Shown here: positions 1 through 8,951 of the stretch, one piece after another | How positions within the stretch are numbered: the stretch's first letter is position 1 | Layout: each line of letters begins with the position of its first letter | Source: Candidatus Sumerlaeaceae bacterium | GTDB taxonomy: Bacteria > Sumerlaeota > Sumerlaeia > Sumerlaeales > Sumerlaeaceae | DNA length: 64,000 nt | Assembly: GCA_049968255.1 (NCBI GenBank) | Contig: JBMFRB010000006.1 | Location: 71,800 to 135,799, forward strand | Reading direction: 5' to 3' | Made by a program: the position numbers and the translations under genes | Notes under the pieces: model-generated | Told to the model about the DNA's origin: nothing | Seen by the model: the letters and a program-made list of their open reading frames with translations, nothing else | Database searches by the model: none

Positions 1-2723
1 TCGGTATCGAGTTGGTCGGGATTATACGCAAACGGGCAATTATCGCACGCATCTCCAATGCCGTCGCCATCACTATCTAACTGATCGGTGTTTGATGTGT
101 AAGGACAGTTGTCGACGGTGTTGGGAATGCCGTCGCAATCCGAATCGATCCTGGTATTACAACCGAACGTATCGTCATCGCAAAGGTCTCCGATGCCGTC
201 TCCATCTGCATCAGCCTGGTCCGGGTTGTAGACGTCGGGACAGTTGTCAATAAGGTCGGGAATGCCGTCGCAGTCGCGATCGTAGCTGGTATCGCAAACT
301 TCGCCTTGAGGATCGGTCGTGAGGTCAACGCCCGCTCCGATATTCGTAAGAATATCGATACCGTCGGTGACTTGGCCCGGCTTCACGTCAACGTAAGAGA
401 ACATATTTGGGTTATCCTCGCCGGGTAAGTTGACGAGATCGTCGCTAAAAGGTACGGGCCCATCGTTGTATGAGCCCAAGTTCGCATAAGTGATCAACAA
501 AGAAAACGATGTCTGTTCGGCAGGCGAAAGTGAACGCGGCGCGAATTGCACGGCGATCGCGGGATCGGAAATGGTTTCGTAGGGCCGCGTCACGTAGTCG
601 TAAAACCGTGGATTGGGGACACCGATTTGCGAAATGTTTGCGTAGTTGGCAAACTGGAGTTTTTCGGGTTTTGTGGCGCTTGTCTGGCTGTTGCTTAGGA
701 CGACCACGCCAACCTGCTTAAGGCCAGCCGACGTGACTTCATCTGTACCCCAATAGAACCAGTTAGGAACGGAGCTCCCCTGCAAAGTGGTTTCTTTTTT
801 ATATTTCGTATCGCCAACCCAAAAGACGACTCGGCTGTTTCCATCGCTTGGCACTGGCCGAAGCAGATGACGCAGACCAATCTGCACTGTGCCGGTTGTC
901 AAGTTTTTCGCCGTGATCGTGGCGCGGAAACTCGTCGGGGCGGTTGTTGCATCTAACCGCACGGCAGGGATCAACTCAAGGCGCTCTTCGACAAGAACAC
1001 TCCCTCCGATGATATAGCGACCGAGCGCCAGGTTTTTCAGGTCATCTTCTATAATGACATGTCGAGGGTCGAGAGGGAGAATGTCGTTGGCGCGCCAGTT
1101 GGCAATGTCGAGGGTCTGGCCATCCGGCTTGACAAGGCGATATGTCAAATAGGATTCGGCAGGCTCTTCGGTGTCATCGATGAGCCGCTTGACAATCGGC
1201 ACGCCAAATTGATCTAATCCGAGATAAATGCCGAGCGTGTAGCGGCCCAGAAGGTCGAAGGCAAACCGGAGGTAGCCGTCTTGAACACGGTTGTCCCCCG
1301 GCGTGTTGGGATCCTCTGCAGGACGGCTGCCAGGCATCAGGAAGCGTCGGAGCAGACCGCCATAAAATTCGGCAGGCGCAATTGTGGAGCCTGCCCCCCC
1401 AAAGCCGACGTAGAACGGGCTAATCTGGGTGCGGGCATTTGGCTCTGTGTAGACCACGTAGCGGCCTGGTGGCAGCGTCAAACCGTTGCCAATGTTGATG
1501 GGCGAATCCTTAGCCGGGAGTCCAGGGATAAAGTATCGAAAATCAGCATTTTCTGGGGTATAAACGTAGCTATTGGCTAATTGTTGGAAGAACTCTGGTC
1601 CCGAAAACACCTGGGCAAAAAGTCTGACTTTACGTGTGAAACTGGTGTTTTGATCTATGCCAAAACGATCGTCGGGTGAAAGAACACCATCGTCGTTGAC
1701 TCGTCCGACATAGACGGGCGTGACAAACGGCAAATGGGTCGCCCCGCTAAAAATGTCGCCGGGAATAATTTTTCCTGCAATTGCTCCCCCCCCAGCCAAA
1801 TTAAACGTCTCGCTGTAGTGCAGGCGGGCTGTAAGTTTGTCGTCGAAATCGAGCTCGCGCACATCGTAAGGGTCGCGGTTCGACGTCAGTGCTTCGGGCG
1901 CCATCGTAGGCTCCACCAGGTTGGCGTAATCCAGCCCCATGGCCTGGCCAAGTGCCTGAGTAACAACCGCCTGCACCTCGGCATGCCCGATCAGAAAAGC
2001 CCGGTCGTTTGCACTTAGCTGATTAGGGTCCTCGGGGGGACAGACCCAGTCGGCGTAGGCATCGTTGAAAGCGATATCGGCATCGATGATCGAACCCGCT
2101 TTGTATTGGGTGAAGGGCAAACGAAGGCGATAGCTATCAGTCTGGAAGTTGAAGGTTACCGTGATGTACTGATTATTGGCCGGATCGTACTGCGTGACTA
2201 CCCCTACGGGTATGCGTGTGACATCGGTAAGATCAACATCTTCGTTGAAATAAGTCAAGAAGGTATAGTAGAATGGATCGCCGAGTGTAAACGTCACTGC
2301 CTGCGGCTGAAATGTGATGAGATTGAATCCATCAAGCTGAACATCTGTCGGGCCGTTGGGAAAGTCTGGCGAGAAGCCCGCGTAAAAAGAAGCGGGAACC
2401 GTGTATTCTTGGAACTTGAAGGAAGAATCCGCGTCATTCCACTCTCGCAGAGCGCGATGAAACGCCTCGCGGATATCGTTGGAGGCGATGTTATTGAGGT
2501 TATTCGGCGGCGGGATGATATTTCCGTAGGCATCTTCGTAATGGACCATTTGGACAGGCTGGAGCACGTCGGGCCACCTCACCTTTGCCAGAGTCAAGCC
2601 GCTGGCTTTGCTCGTGGCGATGTCCTCATAGACCGTTTTGAGAAAAACTTTGCCATTGCCCGCCCAAAGCAGAGCCGGCAAAATTGTGACAAAAAGCAGT
2701 GTGCTGACATAACGGCGTATCAT
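1..2723 (-). CDS. Large secreted protein, 3' end outside window: inactive matrixin (M10-like) domain, carboxypeptidase-regulatory-like domain with a large insertion, thrombospondin type 3 (TSP3) repeats
   Basis: Hand translation of the minus strand from ATG 2723 is open to the window edge (>900 aa; absent from the ORF track because there is no stop). Signal peptide [21 protein letters not shown]; matrixin-like [13 protein letters not shown]...IIDADIAFN...[11 protein letters not shown]...PTMAP; repeats [33 protein letters not shown] and [36 protein letters not shown] in 1..~300. Confidence 0.88.
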   Translation of the reverse strand, partial: MIRRYVSTLLFVTILPALLWAGNGKVFLKTVYEDIATSKASGLTLAKVRWPDVLQPVQMVHYEDAYGNIIPPPNNLNNIASNDIREAFHRALREWNDADSSFKFQEYTVPASFYAGFSPDFPNGPTDVQLDGFNLITFQPQAVTFTLGDPFYYTFLTYFNEDVDLTDVTRIPVGVVTQYDPANNQYITVTFNFQTDSYRLRLPFTQYKAGSIIDADIAFNDAYADWVCPPEDPNQLSANDRAFLIGHAEVQAVVTQALGQAMGLDYANLVEPTMAPEALTSNRDPYDVRELDFDDKLTARLHYSETFNLAGGGAIAGKIIPGDIFSGATHLPFVTPVYVGRVNDDGVLSPDDRFGIDQNTSFTRKVRLFAQVFSGPEFFQQLANSYVYTPENADFRYFIPGLPAKDSPINIGNGLTLPPGRYVVYTEPNARTQISPFYVGFGGAGSTIAPAEFYGGLLRRFLMPGSRPAEDPNTPGDNRVQDGYLRFAFDLLGRYTLGIYLGLDQFGVPIVKRLIDDTEEPAESYLTYRLVKPDGQTLDIANWRANDILPLDPRHVIIEDDLKNLALGRYIIGGSVLVEERLELIPAVRLDATTAPTSFRATITAKNLTTGTVQIGLRHLLRPVPSDGNSRVVFWVGDTKYKKETTLQGSSVPNWFYWGTDEVTSAGLKQVGVVVLSNSQTSATKPEKLQFANYANISQIGVPNPRFYDYVTRPYETISDPAIAVQFAPRSLSPAEQTSFSLLITYANLGSYNDGPVPFSDDLVNLPGEDNPNMFSYVDVKPGQVTDGIDILTNIGAGVDLTTDPQGEVCDTSYDRDCDGIPDLIDNCPDVYNPDQADADGDGIGDLCDDDTFGCNTRIDSDCDGIPNTVDNCPYTSNTDQLDSDGDGIGDACDNCPFAYNPDQLDT

Positions 2724-2786
2724 CTTCGTCCACCGACTTGAGCTGTTTGATGTTGTTGTGGCCATAAAACTTGCCTCTTTCGTTTC

Positions 2787-3605
2787 TCACTTTGCCACGG
2801 CACGTGAGATTTTGGCTTTCACTTCTTCGAGCGTAGGAGCCGGGACAGGTTTTGCGTTGGTGCGCATGGTTTGCTGGAACTGGTCGGGCTTTACCACGCG
2901 CAGGGATTCTGTGATGCGCACAGCGTTATCAAGGATTGGCTTGGCACTTTCGGGTCCGCGCACACCGCCGCCAAGGTCCTGAAGCTGCGTGGTGTCGGTC
3001 GTCTGAAGTTCGCCTTTTTCCAGTGCTCTTAGGATGGTGCGCAGAAGGCGATCGTCCGGCATGACACCGTAATCCTCGCAACGCACGTTGACGACTTTGC
3101 GTTTGTTGTCCTTCGGATCAGTGATAACGGAATATTTACCTTTGGCGCCACCGACGACCCGAGCGCTAGACGCGAGCTCGGGGATGGCGCTCTTGCGCTG
3201 CGCGCTAGTGTTGGCAGGTTGCTGAAGAAAAAGCAGCACGTCCTCACCCTCAAGGATTTCCGGCTGATCGTTGACGAATTGGGTGAGAGGCGGTGTTTTT
3301 AAAGTTCCGCCGAGAGTTGCAACAGACACCGTGTCGCCGGCACGCACTGACTTGCCTTTAAGAGTTTCGCCAATTTGCACTTGGTGCGTTGTCACAAAAA
3401 CGCCGCGACGAACGACACAATTCTTGCTCACGCACTTGCCCACGACAATCGCATCGGCCTTCTGGGCAAGCGACTCAAAGGTCTCTGGGGCGGCAAAAGC
3501 AATAGTGCCCAGCAGCATTCCTAAACCGAGAAAAGCACCACGAACGGCGAAGCGTGCGCTATCATTCATAGTTATAGCCCTATTTCTCGCGTGCTGTTTT
3601 TTCAT
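2787..3605 (-). CDS. Secreted OB-fold (TIMP/NTR-like) protein of the type found fused to or beside bacterial matrixins
   Basis: Signal peptide ending AFA, then FESLAQKADAIVVGKC...VQIGETLKG...VSVATLGG...GEDVLLFL; 63 bp upstream of the matrixin-like gene on the same strand. Confidence 0.65.
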   Translation of the reverse strand: MKKQHARNRAITMNDSARFAVRGAFLGLGMLLGTIAFAAPETFESLAQKADAIVVGKCVSKNCVVRRGVFVTTHQVQIGETLKGKSVRAGDTVSVATLGGTLKTPPLTQFVNDQPEILEGEDVLLFLQQPANTSAQRKSAIPELASSARVVGGAKGKYSVITDPKDNKRKVVNVRCEDYGVMPDDRLLRTILRALEKGELQTTDTTQLQDLGGGVRGPESAKPILDNAVRITESLRVVKPDQFQQTMRTNAKPVPAPTLEEVKAKISRAVAK

Positions 3606-3702
3606 CTCGCAACCTCAAAGAATATGTCGCACCGCTCGGCCTTCCACCACCGCGCTGCGACGCTCACAAGTCGATCTGTTTTTCCCCGGCTGGCCGAGGC
3701 TC

Positions 3703-4395
3703 TTACGGCGGGCTGAAGATATAAGCCGCAGAGAGTTGGCCAGCAAAGCGGTAGATGTTGCCACTCGATATGGTTCCATTCGTTGGATCGTAGACGTAGT
3801 ATCCGGTGTACTGAGTGCTGTAGGGTTCTGGTGGATAGCCGCCGGGGTTTCCGGAGGCGTTGACGCCGATATACTGATCGGGTCCGACAGAGACAAGCGC
3901 CCAACCGCGGCCAAGGCCATTCTGAAGCGTAAGCGAGCCTTTTCGGATGGAAAGCCAGATATCAACCTGGGTTGGGTCCCAGTAATCGAGCGCCTCGAGT
4001 TCGCGATTGGTTGGCGTAGCAAGTGAGCGTGCCGGCAAGTTGAACACGTCGCGGGGAATGGCGCTGATGTAGGGCAGTGGTGTGGTAAGGACATGAAGCC
4101 CAACCGAAGCAGTGGGATAGGCAGGATCGTAGATTTTGGCGACCAGCGGCGGATACGCTTTGAATCCCGTGCCGGTGGCCCAGTTATCGTGGCGCACGGG
4201 ATAGGTGTTGTTATCCACTGCATAGCTTTCGAGCGCGGTAGCAAGTGAACGCTGATCGGCAGCTACGCGCGCCACTTTTGAGCGCACTTGCGCTTCAAGG
4301 AAATTCGGCACCGCGATAGCGGCCAACACGGCGATAATTGCCACCACGATGAGTAGCTCTATCAGAGTGAAAGCCCGTAGGCGAAATGTTTGCAT
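3703..4395 (-). CDS. Prepilin-type N-terminal cleavage/methylation domain protein (type IV pilin/GspG-like)
   Basis: RA|FTLIELLIVVAIIAVLAAIAVPNF class III signal with Glu5; C-terminal SVGPD and YDPTNGTISSGNI motifs. Confidence 0.92.
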   Translation of the reverse strand: MQTFRLRAFTLIELLIVVAIIAVLAAIAVPNFLEAQVRSKVARVAADQRSLATALESYAVDNNTYPVRHDNWATGTGFKAYPPLVAKIYDPAYPTASVGLHVLTTPLPYISAIPRDVFNLPARSLATPTNRELEALDYWDPTQVDIWLSIRKGSLTLQNGLGRGWALVSVGPDQYIGVNASGNPGGYPPEPYSTQYTGYYVYDPTNGTISSGNIYRFAGQLSAAYIFSPP

Positions 4396-4500
4396 TTTTC
4401 TTCGCGCTCACGTTGGATAGCGAGAGGGGGCCGGTCAAGTCCAAAGGCACCGGCAAAATCATTTTTGAACAAAAGGTTCCTCCGACGCGTTGGACAAGAC

Positions 4501-6795
4501 TCATGGGGACGATACGGGCACGTCGCGACGCATCGGCTGGACACTCAGCCACGAATAATTGCGGATTTGCTCAAGAAATTTTCGACTCACGCACAAAGCG
4601 AACTCGTTGGCGCCGTTCGAGTACGTAGGCATTGCTGGATCAAGCCAAATTTCACGATAAGCCAGATAGCGCCAGAGTTTTCGCCACTCGGCAAGGCTGG
4701 CTCGGAATCGTCGCCCGTTTTCTGTGTCGCCGCGGCTTTCGCGGGGAGTGAGGCCACGCCACACGTCGCACAGAGCGGCAAAATCTAGTAGCGGTGGCTC
4801 CCACCACTCGCGGACCTTCAGGCGCATCATTTCATACTCGGGCACAAGAAAGGGGTAGTCCTCAACGTTTTCCCAGTTGATGAGAACAATTGGCCTGCTG
4901 GTTTCGGACAGATCTTCCTGCACTTGCGGTCCCCAATTGGTGTAGCGCCGGAGATACCAATAGAGCGGCCATTCCATCTCGCCTTTCACGTACATGGGCA
5001 TCGCCTTACCGAGCTGTGAGTTGTGAGCAAGCTTTTCGATGGTGCGCACAGCTTGCACGACGTCGGGCGATGTGTGATTATAGATGATACGTTCTGCAGG
5101 ACTCGTGGGGTGAATCCAGCAGGCAAAGGCAATGGATCGGAGTTGCCAGACGAAGGCAACAACCGCCAGCGCGGAGATGAGGAACGCAATCCGGCGAAAG
5201 CGATGCGCGTCCAGCAAGTGCCCTAAGTAATAAGAAGCTAACAAGATAGCCGGTCCAGCGATATGAATGGAGAGCCAAGGAACTTTTTCCCCCGCGTAGG
5301 AATAGGCGAAAAGGCTCGTGATGGTCCAAAAGATGAGGAACGCTTCAGTATTGGCGCGGCGCGCCACCAAGACCGCACATAAGTAGACAAGCACCTGCAC
5401 ATAGAAGAGCGCCAACGCGAGATGGAAGGGATGCGTGACGTGCCAACGGCGGTCGATCGCCTGCCAGTCCCAGGAGGCAAAGCCCCCGCACAGAGCGTAG
5501 ACGAGTAAGGCGGCCTGGGGTAGGATAAACACGGCGAGGTGCAGCCATGTCCTGCGCTTGCAAAGCGACAGGGCCGCACCACCAAAAGCGAGGAGAACAG
5601 CGGGCCATTCGTACAGAAGGAGGATCGGCAGATGATAGTGGAAGGGACCTTTGATGCGATGCTGCTGGTGCTGGTCCCACCAATAGTCCCAAGTATTTTT
5701 ATAGATCTGAAGCGGAGTCCAGCGCACATGTTTTCCGAAAAAATCAGGCCCAGATGTGTGAGTGAAATAGGTGGTAAAAAGTGTCGTGTAGACGGATAGT
5801 GCGACAGCGGCAATCGCGACGAGTGTCCACCGCCGGTGCCAACAGACATGCAGAACATAATAGAGGATTCCGCGCTCGCCGCGTGGGCTGTGCCAATTGA
5901 GTCCGGCCAGCACACTGAGAGGAACGGTGACAACGATTGTTAGGGGGAGGACTTCGACGACGCGCTTCCAAAGCGGTGGGAACCAAAGATCGTTTTCGCG
6001 ATGCCAGCCGGGCATGGGAAGCGAGTCGGAGAGGACGCGGACATAGAGATAACTTAGGCCGAGAGCAGCAAGCAGCCCGAGGCCAGAACTGACCAAGACC
6101 GTGAGGATTTCGCTGGCAAGCGAATCACGTGTGCCCTCAGTTGTGCGGGGGGTAAAAAAGACCGCCCGTCCGGGAAAATCTCGATGGCAGCGTGGCGACA
6201 CAACGGCGCCGCGCAGCAAATCCGTCGCCACAGCTATAGCAAAAAATCCCAAGCAGGCCGCAAAGAAAAAGATCGAACTTTCCATCATGCAGAACATAAC
6301 GGTTGCGGCCATACCAGCGTGCCAAAAGTAGCGGCGCTCGCCAGTTTCGAAAGCACGCAGCACAGCGTAGGCGCACCAAAACGTCGCCGCGAGATAGGGC
6401 GCATCGTTGCGCAAGAAACGTGAATAGTAAGTGATCGACGGGGAGAGCGCGAGCAACACAAGAGCAACTAAGGTACCGGTCTTGCCCAGGTAGTGCCGCC
6501 AGCCGAGCAGGGCAGCAAAAAGCCCCAAGCTGCCCACGGCGGCGGGCAGACGCATGGTGAAGTCGGAATCGCCAAAGATCAAGAAGACGAGAGCGGTGAC
6601 ATGTTCCAGGATTGGACCGTGAAGAATGGGCTGATACTGGTAGCCGTAGCCACAAGCCAGAAAATAAGAGTAATACGCGAACAGGCTCTCGTCATGGTGG
6701 AGTGGCTTTGCAGCGAGATCGTAAAAACGAGCGACGTGCGCAAAGAGCAGAGCAATGCTCGCAATGAGGAGTCTCCATGCTTGTGCATTCCCCAT
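4501..6795 (-). CDS. GT-C fold membrane glycosyltransferase, TIGR03663/Agl23-like (PMT/GT39-related)
   Basis: RFYDLAAKPLHHDES, YQYQPILHGP, SRFLRND, GEKVPWL and WPLYWYLR motifs; many TM segments. Start placed at MGNAQ (ORF is open to 6936). Confidence 0.8.
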   Translation of the reverse strand: MGNAQAWRLLIASIALLFAHVARFYDLAAKPLHHDESLFAYYSYFLACGYGYQYQPILHGPILEHVTALVFLIFGDSDFTMRLPAAVGSLGLFAALLGWRHYLGKTGTLVALVLLALSPSITYYSRFLRNDAPYLAATFWCAYAVLRAFETGERRYFWHAGMAATVMFCMMESSIFFFAACLGFFAIAVATDLLRGAVVSPRCHRDFPGRAVFFTPRTTEGTRDSLASEILTVLVSSGLGLLAALGLSYLYVRVLSDSLPMPGWHRENDLWFPPLWKRVVEVLPLTIVVTVPLSVLAGLNWHSPRGERGILYYVLHVCWHRRWTLVAIAAVALSVYTTLFTTYFTHTSGPDFFGKHVRWTPLQIYKNTWDYWWDQHQQHRIKGPFHYHLPILLLYEWPAVLLAFGGAALSLCKRRTWLHLAVFILPQAALLVYALCGGFASWDWQAIDRRWHVTHPFHLALALFYVQVLVYLCAVLVARRANTEAFLIFWTITSLFAYSYAGEKVPWLSIHIAGPAILLASYYLGHLLDAHRFRRIAFLISALAVVAFVWQLRSIAFACWIHPTSPAERIIYNHTSPDVVQAVRTIEKLAHNSQLGKAMPMYVKGEMEWPLYWYLRRYTNWGPQVQEDLSETSRPIVLINWENVEDYPFLVPEYEMMRLKVREWWEPPLLDFAALCDVWRGLTPRESRGDTENGRRFRASLAEWRKLWRYLAYREIWLDPAMPTYSNGANEFALCVSRKFLEQIRNYSWLSVQPMRRDVPVSSP

Positions 6796-7001
6796 CGCAA
6801 GCGCGCCCCCGCTCGCGGAAGAAGAGGTGTGCGCAAGATTCTCTTGTTTCTGGCCGAATCGAAAGATGCTTTTCAGCGCGTCGGAACCTTTTTCCATACG
6901 CCACCGGATTCGTGGCAAGCGCTGAACAAGAGGCAATGCAAAAGCGAAGGAAAGTGGGCCGGCTTAGCGACACCAGGAAGAAGTGCATTGCGGACGTGTG
7001 A

Positions 7002-7029
7002 TTGATTGTGAACATTCGTTCATTATTCT
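7002..7029 (+). promoter_or_regulatory. Putative sigma70 promoter (TTGATT-N16-TATTCT) with palindrome TGAAC-N4-GTTCA in the spacer
   Basis: TTGATTGTGAACATTCGTTCATTATTCT directly upstream of the DUF134 start codon. Confidence 0.45.
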
Positions 7030-7054
7030 TGTAGGCGTCTTGCAGAGAAAAAGA

Positions 7055-7576
7055 ATGCCCAGACCTAAATGCTGTCGCAGGATACGTGCCCTTCCGCCGG
7101 TGAAAGAATTCAAGCCGGTTGGTAGGCCCTCTCGTGAGCTGGAGCGTTTGGAGTTGACGCTGGACGAATTTGAGGCGCTAAGGCTGGCCGATTACGAGGG
7201 ACTTTATCACGAACAAGCAGCGGAACTCATGGGCATTTCGCGCCCAACCCTTACGCGCCTTGTCACCAGCGCACGCTGCAAAGTGGCGACACTGCTAGTC
7301 GAGGGGGTGAGATTAGTTGTGAAAGGAGGTGAAATCCCAATGGTTGTGGAAGTTGAGAAACGGACCTTTGTGTGCGACGCGTGTGGCCACCGATGGCAGC
7401 TTCCGTACGGCGGCGGTTGCCCGCGGGAGTGCCCCGAGTGTCACTCGCCGCAGGTGCATCGTGACCCTGCGGAATGCGGTCAGCACCACGGGCAACATCG
7501 TGGCCATGGCGCCAAGCACGGCCAAGGCCGCGGGAGTGGCCACTGCTGTCGCAGGGGGCCGAACAAGGCGTCGTGA
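7055..7576 (+). CDS. DUF134 (UPF0251) putative DNA-binding protein with C-terminal zinc ribbon and His/Gly-rich tail
   Basis: MPRPKCCRRI...FKPVG...LTLDEFEALRLADYEGLYHEQAAELMGISRPT; CDACGH...CPECHS; HHGQHRGHGAKHG. Confidence 0.9.
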   Translation: MPRPKCCRRIRALPPVKEFKPVGRPSRELERLELTLDEFEALRLADYEGLYHEQAAELMGISRPTLTRLVTSARCKVATLLVEGVRLVVKGGEIPMVVEVEKRTFVCDACGHRWQLPYGGGCPRECPECHSPQVHRDPAECGQHHGQHRGHGAKHGQGRGSGHCCRRGPNKAS

Positions 7577-7584
7577 GTTGTTAT

Positions 7585-7631
7585 CCCCGCACAATTCCTG
7601 TCGAAAAATATGGAGTTGCGCGGGGGTTTTT
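7585..7631 (+). terminator. Probable intrinsic terminator after DUF134
   Basis: CCCCGC-A-CAATTCC...GGAGTTG-C-GCGGGG followed by a T run. Confidence 0.5.
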
Positions 7632-7686
7632 CATTTTCTCACATTGCAGACTGGAAATGTGGATGTCATGTGACGTCATGTAAGGT

Positions 7687-7974
7687 ATGCAGATGGCGAT
7701 GAAAGCAGAAGCAGTAATTCGACTGATTGCAGGGGCGCTGGCCCTGACCGCGATAGCGGGCTGCAGTACAATGAACCACTTTGGCACACACCGGCCGTAC
7801 GTGCGCAGAGGAGACCTAGGCTTTAAACCGGTGGACCAGGTGGCGCCACATGCGCGCGCCATGGTTGAGGGCAAAATGAGCCTGGCCGATTGTTTGAAAC
7901 AACCGGAGAGCATTGCCGACGGGGGAGCCGGCTGTTTGCGAGCGATCAAGGATCTTCCGGTCACGGCACCGTAA
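7687..7974 (+). CDS. Small hypothetical lipoprotein
   Basis: Hydrophobic signal with lipobox IAG|C (LALTAIAGCSTMN); fills an intergenic gap. Confidence 0.6.
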   Translation: MQMAMKAEAVIRLIAGALALTAIAGCSTMNHFGTHRPYVRRGDLGFKPVDQVAPHARAMVEGKMSLADCLKQPESIADGGAGCLRAIKDLPVTAP

Positions 7975-8080
7975 TGTTTTTTTTGCTGGACCATCGCAGT
8001 AGCGTGATACGCCTGGCGCGCAAGAGCTTTTGAAGTTTTTCGCGAGAGGTGCGTTTTGCGTCCTTGCAGAGTGCCATGCC

Positions 8081-8797
8081 TTAGTGGCGAACCAACTGCG
8101 GCCTGTGAGCGATGACGATCTCCTGGCAGGGAGCCGTCGCGATTTCTGCCTCCCAACCATTCTTGCGCCAGAACTCTGCGATCTCCTGCATGGACAAGGG
8201 TGAACGAGGATGCTTGCGTCCTTCTGCGGCATGGAGTCGCTCCATGGCTGCGTAGCCCTTTTCATCGAAATCGGAGATCACAACTTTTGCATTTGGGCCC
8301 ACGAGACGAGTCATTTCCTTGAGCACTGCATGGGGGTTCTCTAAGTGATGGAACGTGTTCATGGAAACGATTGAGCCGAATGATCTATCGGGAAAGGGAA
8401 GAGATGTCGCGTCGGCTTCCAAAAATTCGATGCGGTCAGCCACGCCACGAAATAGCGCCAGAATTTTCGCCACTTTTTGTTCGCTGGCATCGACGTCTAC
8501 TGTCACAATTTCGCTTACATGGCTGGCCAGAGCAGTTAGGAAACGTCCTTTACCTGTGGCGACTTCGAGAACGGGCTCCGGCAGTGGGAGGGCTTTTTCC
8601 AAAATGCCAGAGATTGCTGCACGGATATCAAAACCAAAGCGTCGGAGCTCTTCATCTCTCCGTTCGACGCGCTCCACAACTTCAGAAATCTCTTCGGGCG
8701 TAAAATCACCTTTCCTCACTCGCTGAGAGAGGCTCACGGCCAAGGGTCCTTTTGTCAGATTTGTCGTCTCGATCGAGCTACAAAGTTGCACTGTCAC
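8081..8797 (-). CDS. Class I SAM-dependent methyltransferase (Methyltransf_11-like)
   Basis: VLEVATGKG motif I, ADATSLPFPDRSF, FHHLENP; true start probably a little downstream. Confidence 0.88.
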   Translation of the reverse strand: MTVQLCSSIETTNLTKGPLAVSLSQRVRKGDFTPEEISEVVERVERRDEELRRFGFDIRAAISGILEKALPLPEPVLEVATGKGRFLTALASHVSEIVTVDVDASEQKVAKILALFRGVADRIEFLEADATSLPFPDRSFGSIVSMNTFHHLENPHAVLKEMTRLVGPNAKVVISDFDEKGYAAMERLHAAEGRKHPRSPLSMQEIAEFWRKNGWEAEIATAPCQEIVIAHRPQLVRH

Positions 8798-8951
8798 TTA
8801 TTGTTACCCGTCAGTGGTTTGGTGGATAGGCGGGAACTTTTTGGGTGTGGTTTGAGTGAAAGAATTTGTTTTGACCGAAAGTACATCGGTTCGTACTTGG
8901 GAAGTGGTTCACATGGCGAAAGGCAATGAGCGAAGGAGATGCTGCGTTTCC

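Noticed and set aside
1-300. Repetitive DNA at the left edge as a possible CRISPR array or DNA repeat
   Set aside because: The repeats are degenerate at the DNA level and in frame; they encode TSP3 Ca-binding protein repeats
1394-1793. G7 (1394-1400) and G8 (1786-1793) runs in the pseudo-matrixin gene as phase-variation tracts
   Set aside because: The runs are short, encode Gly-Gly in an intact frame, and similar runs occur elsewhere; read-level length variation would be needed
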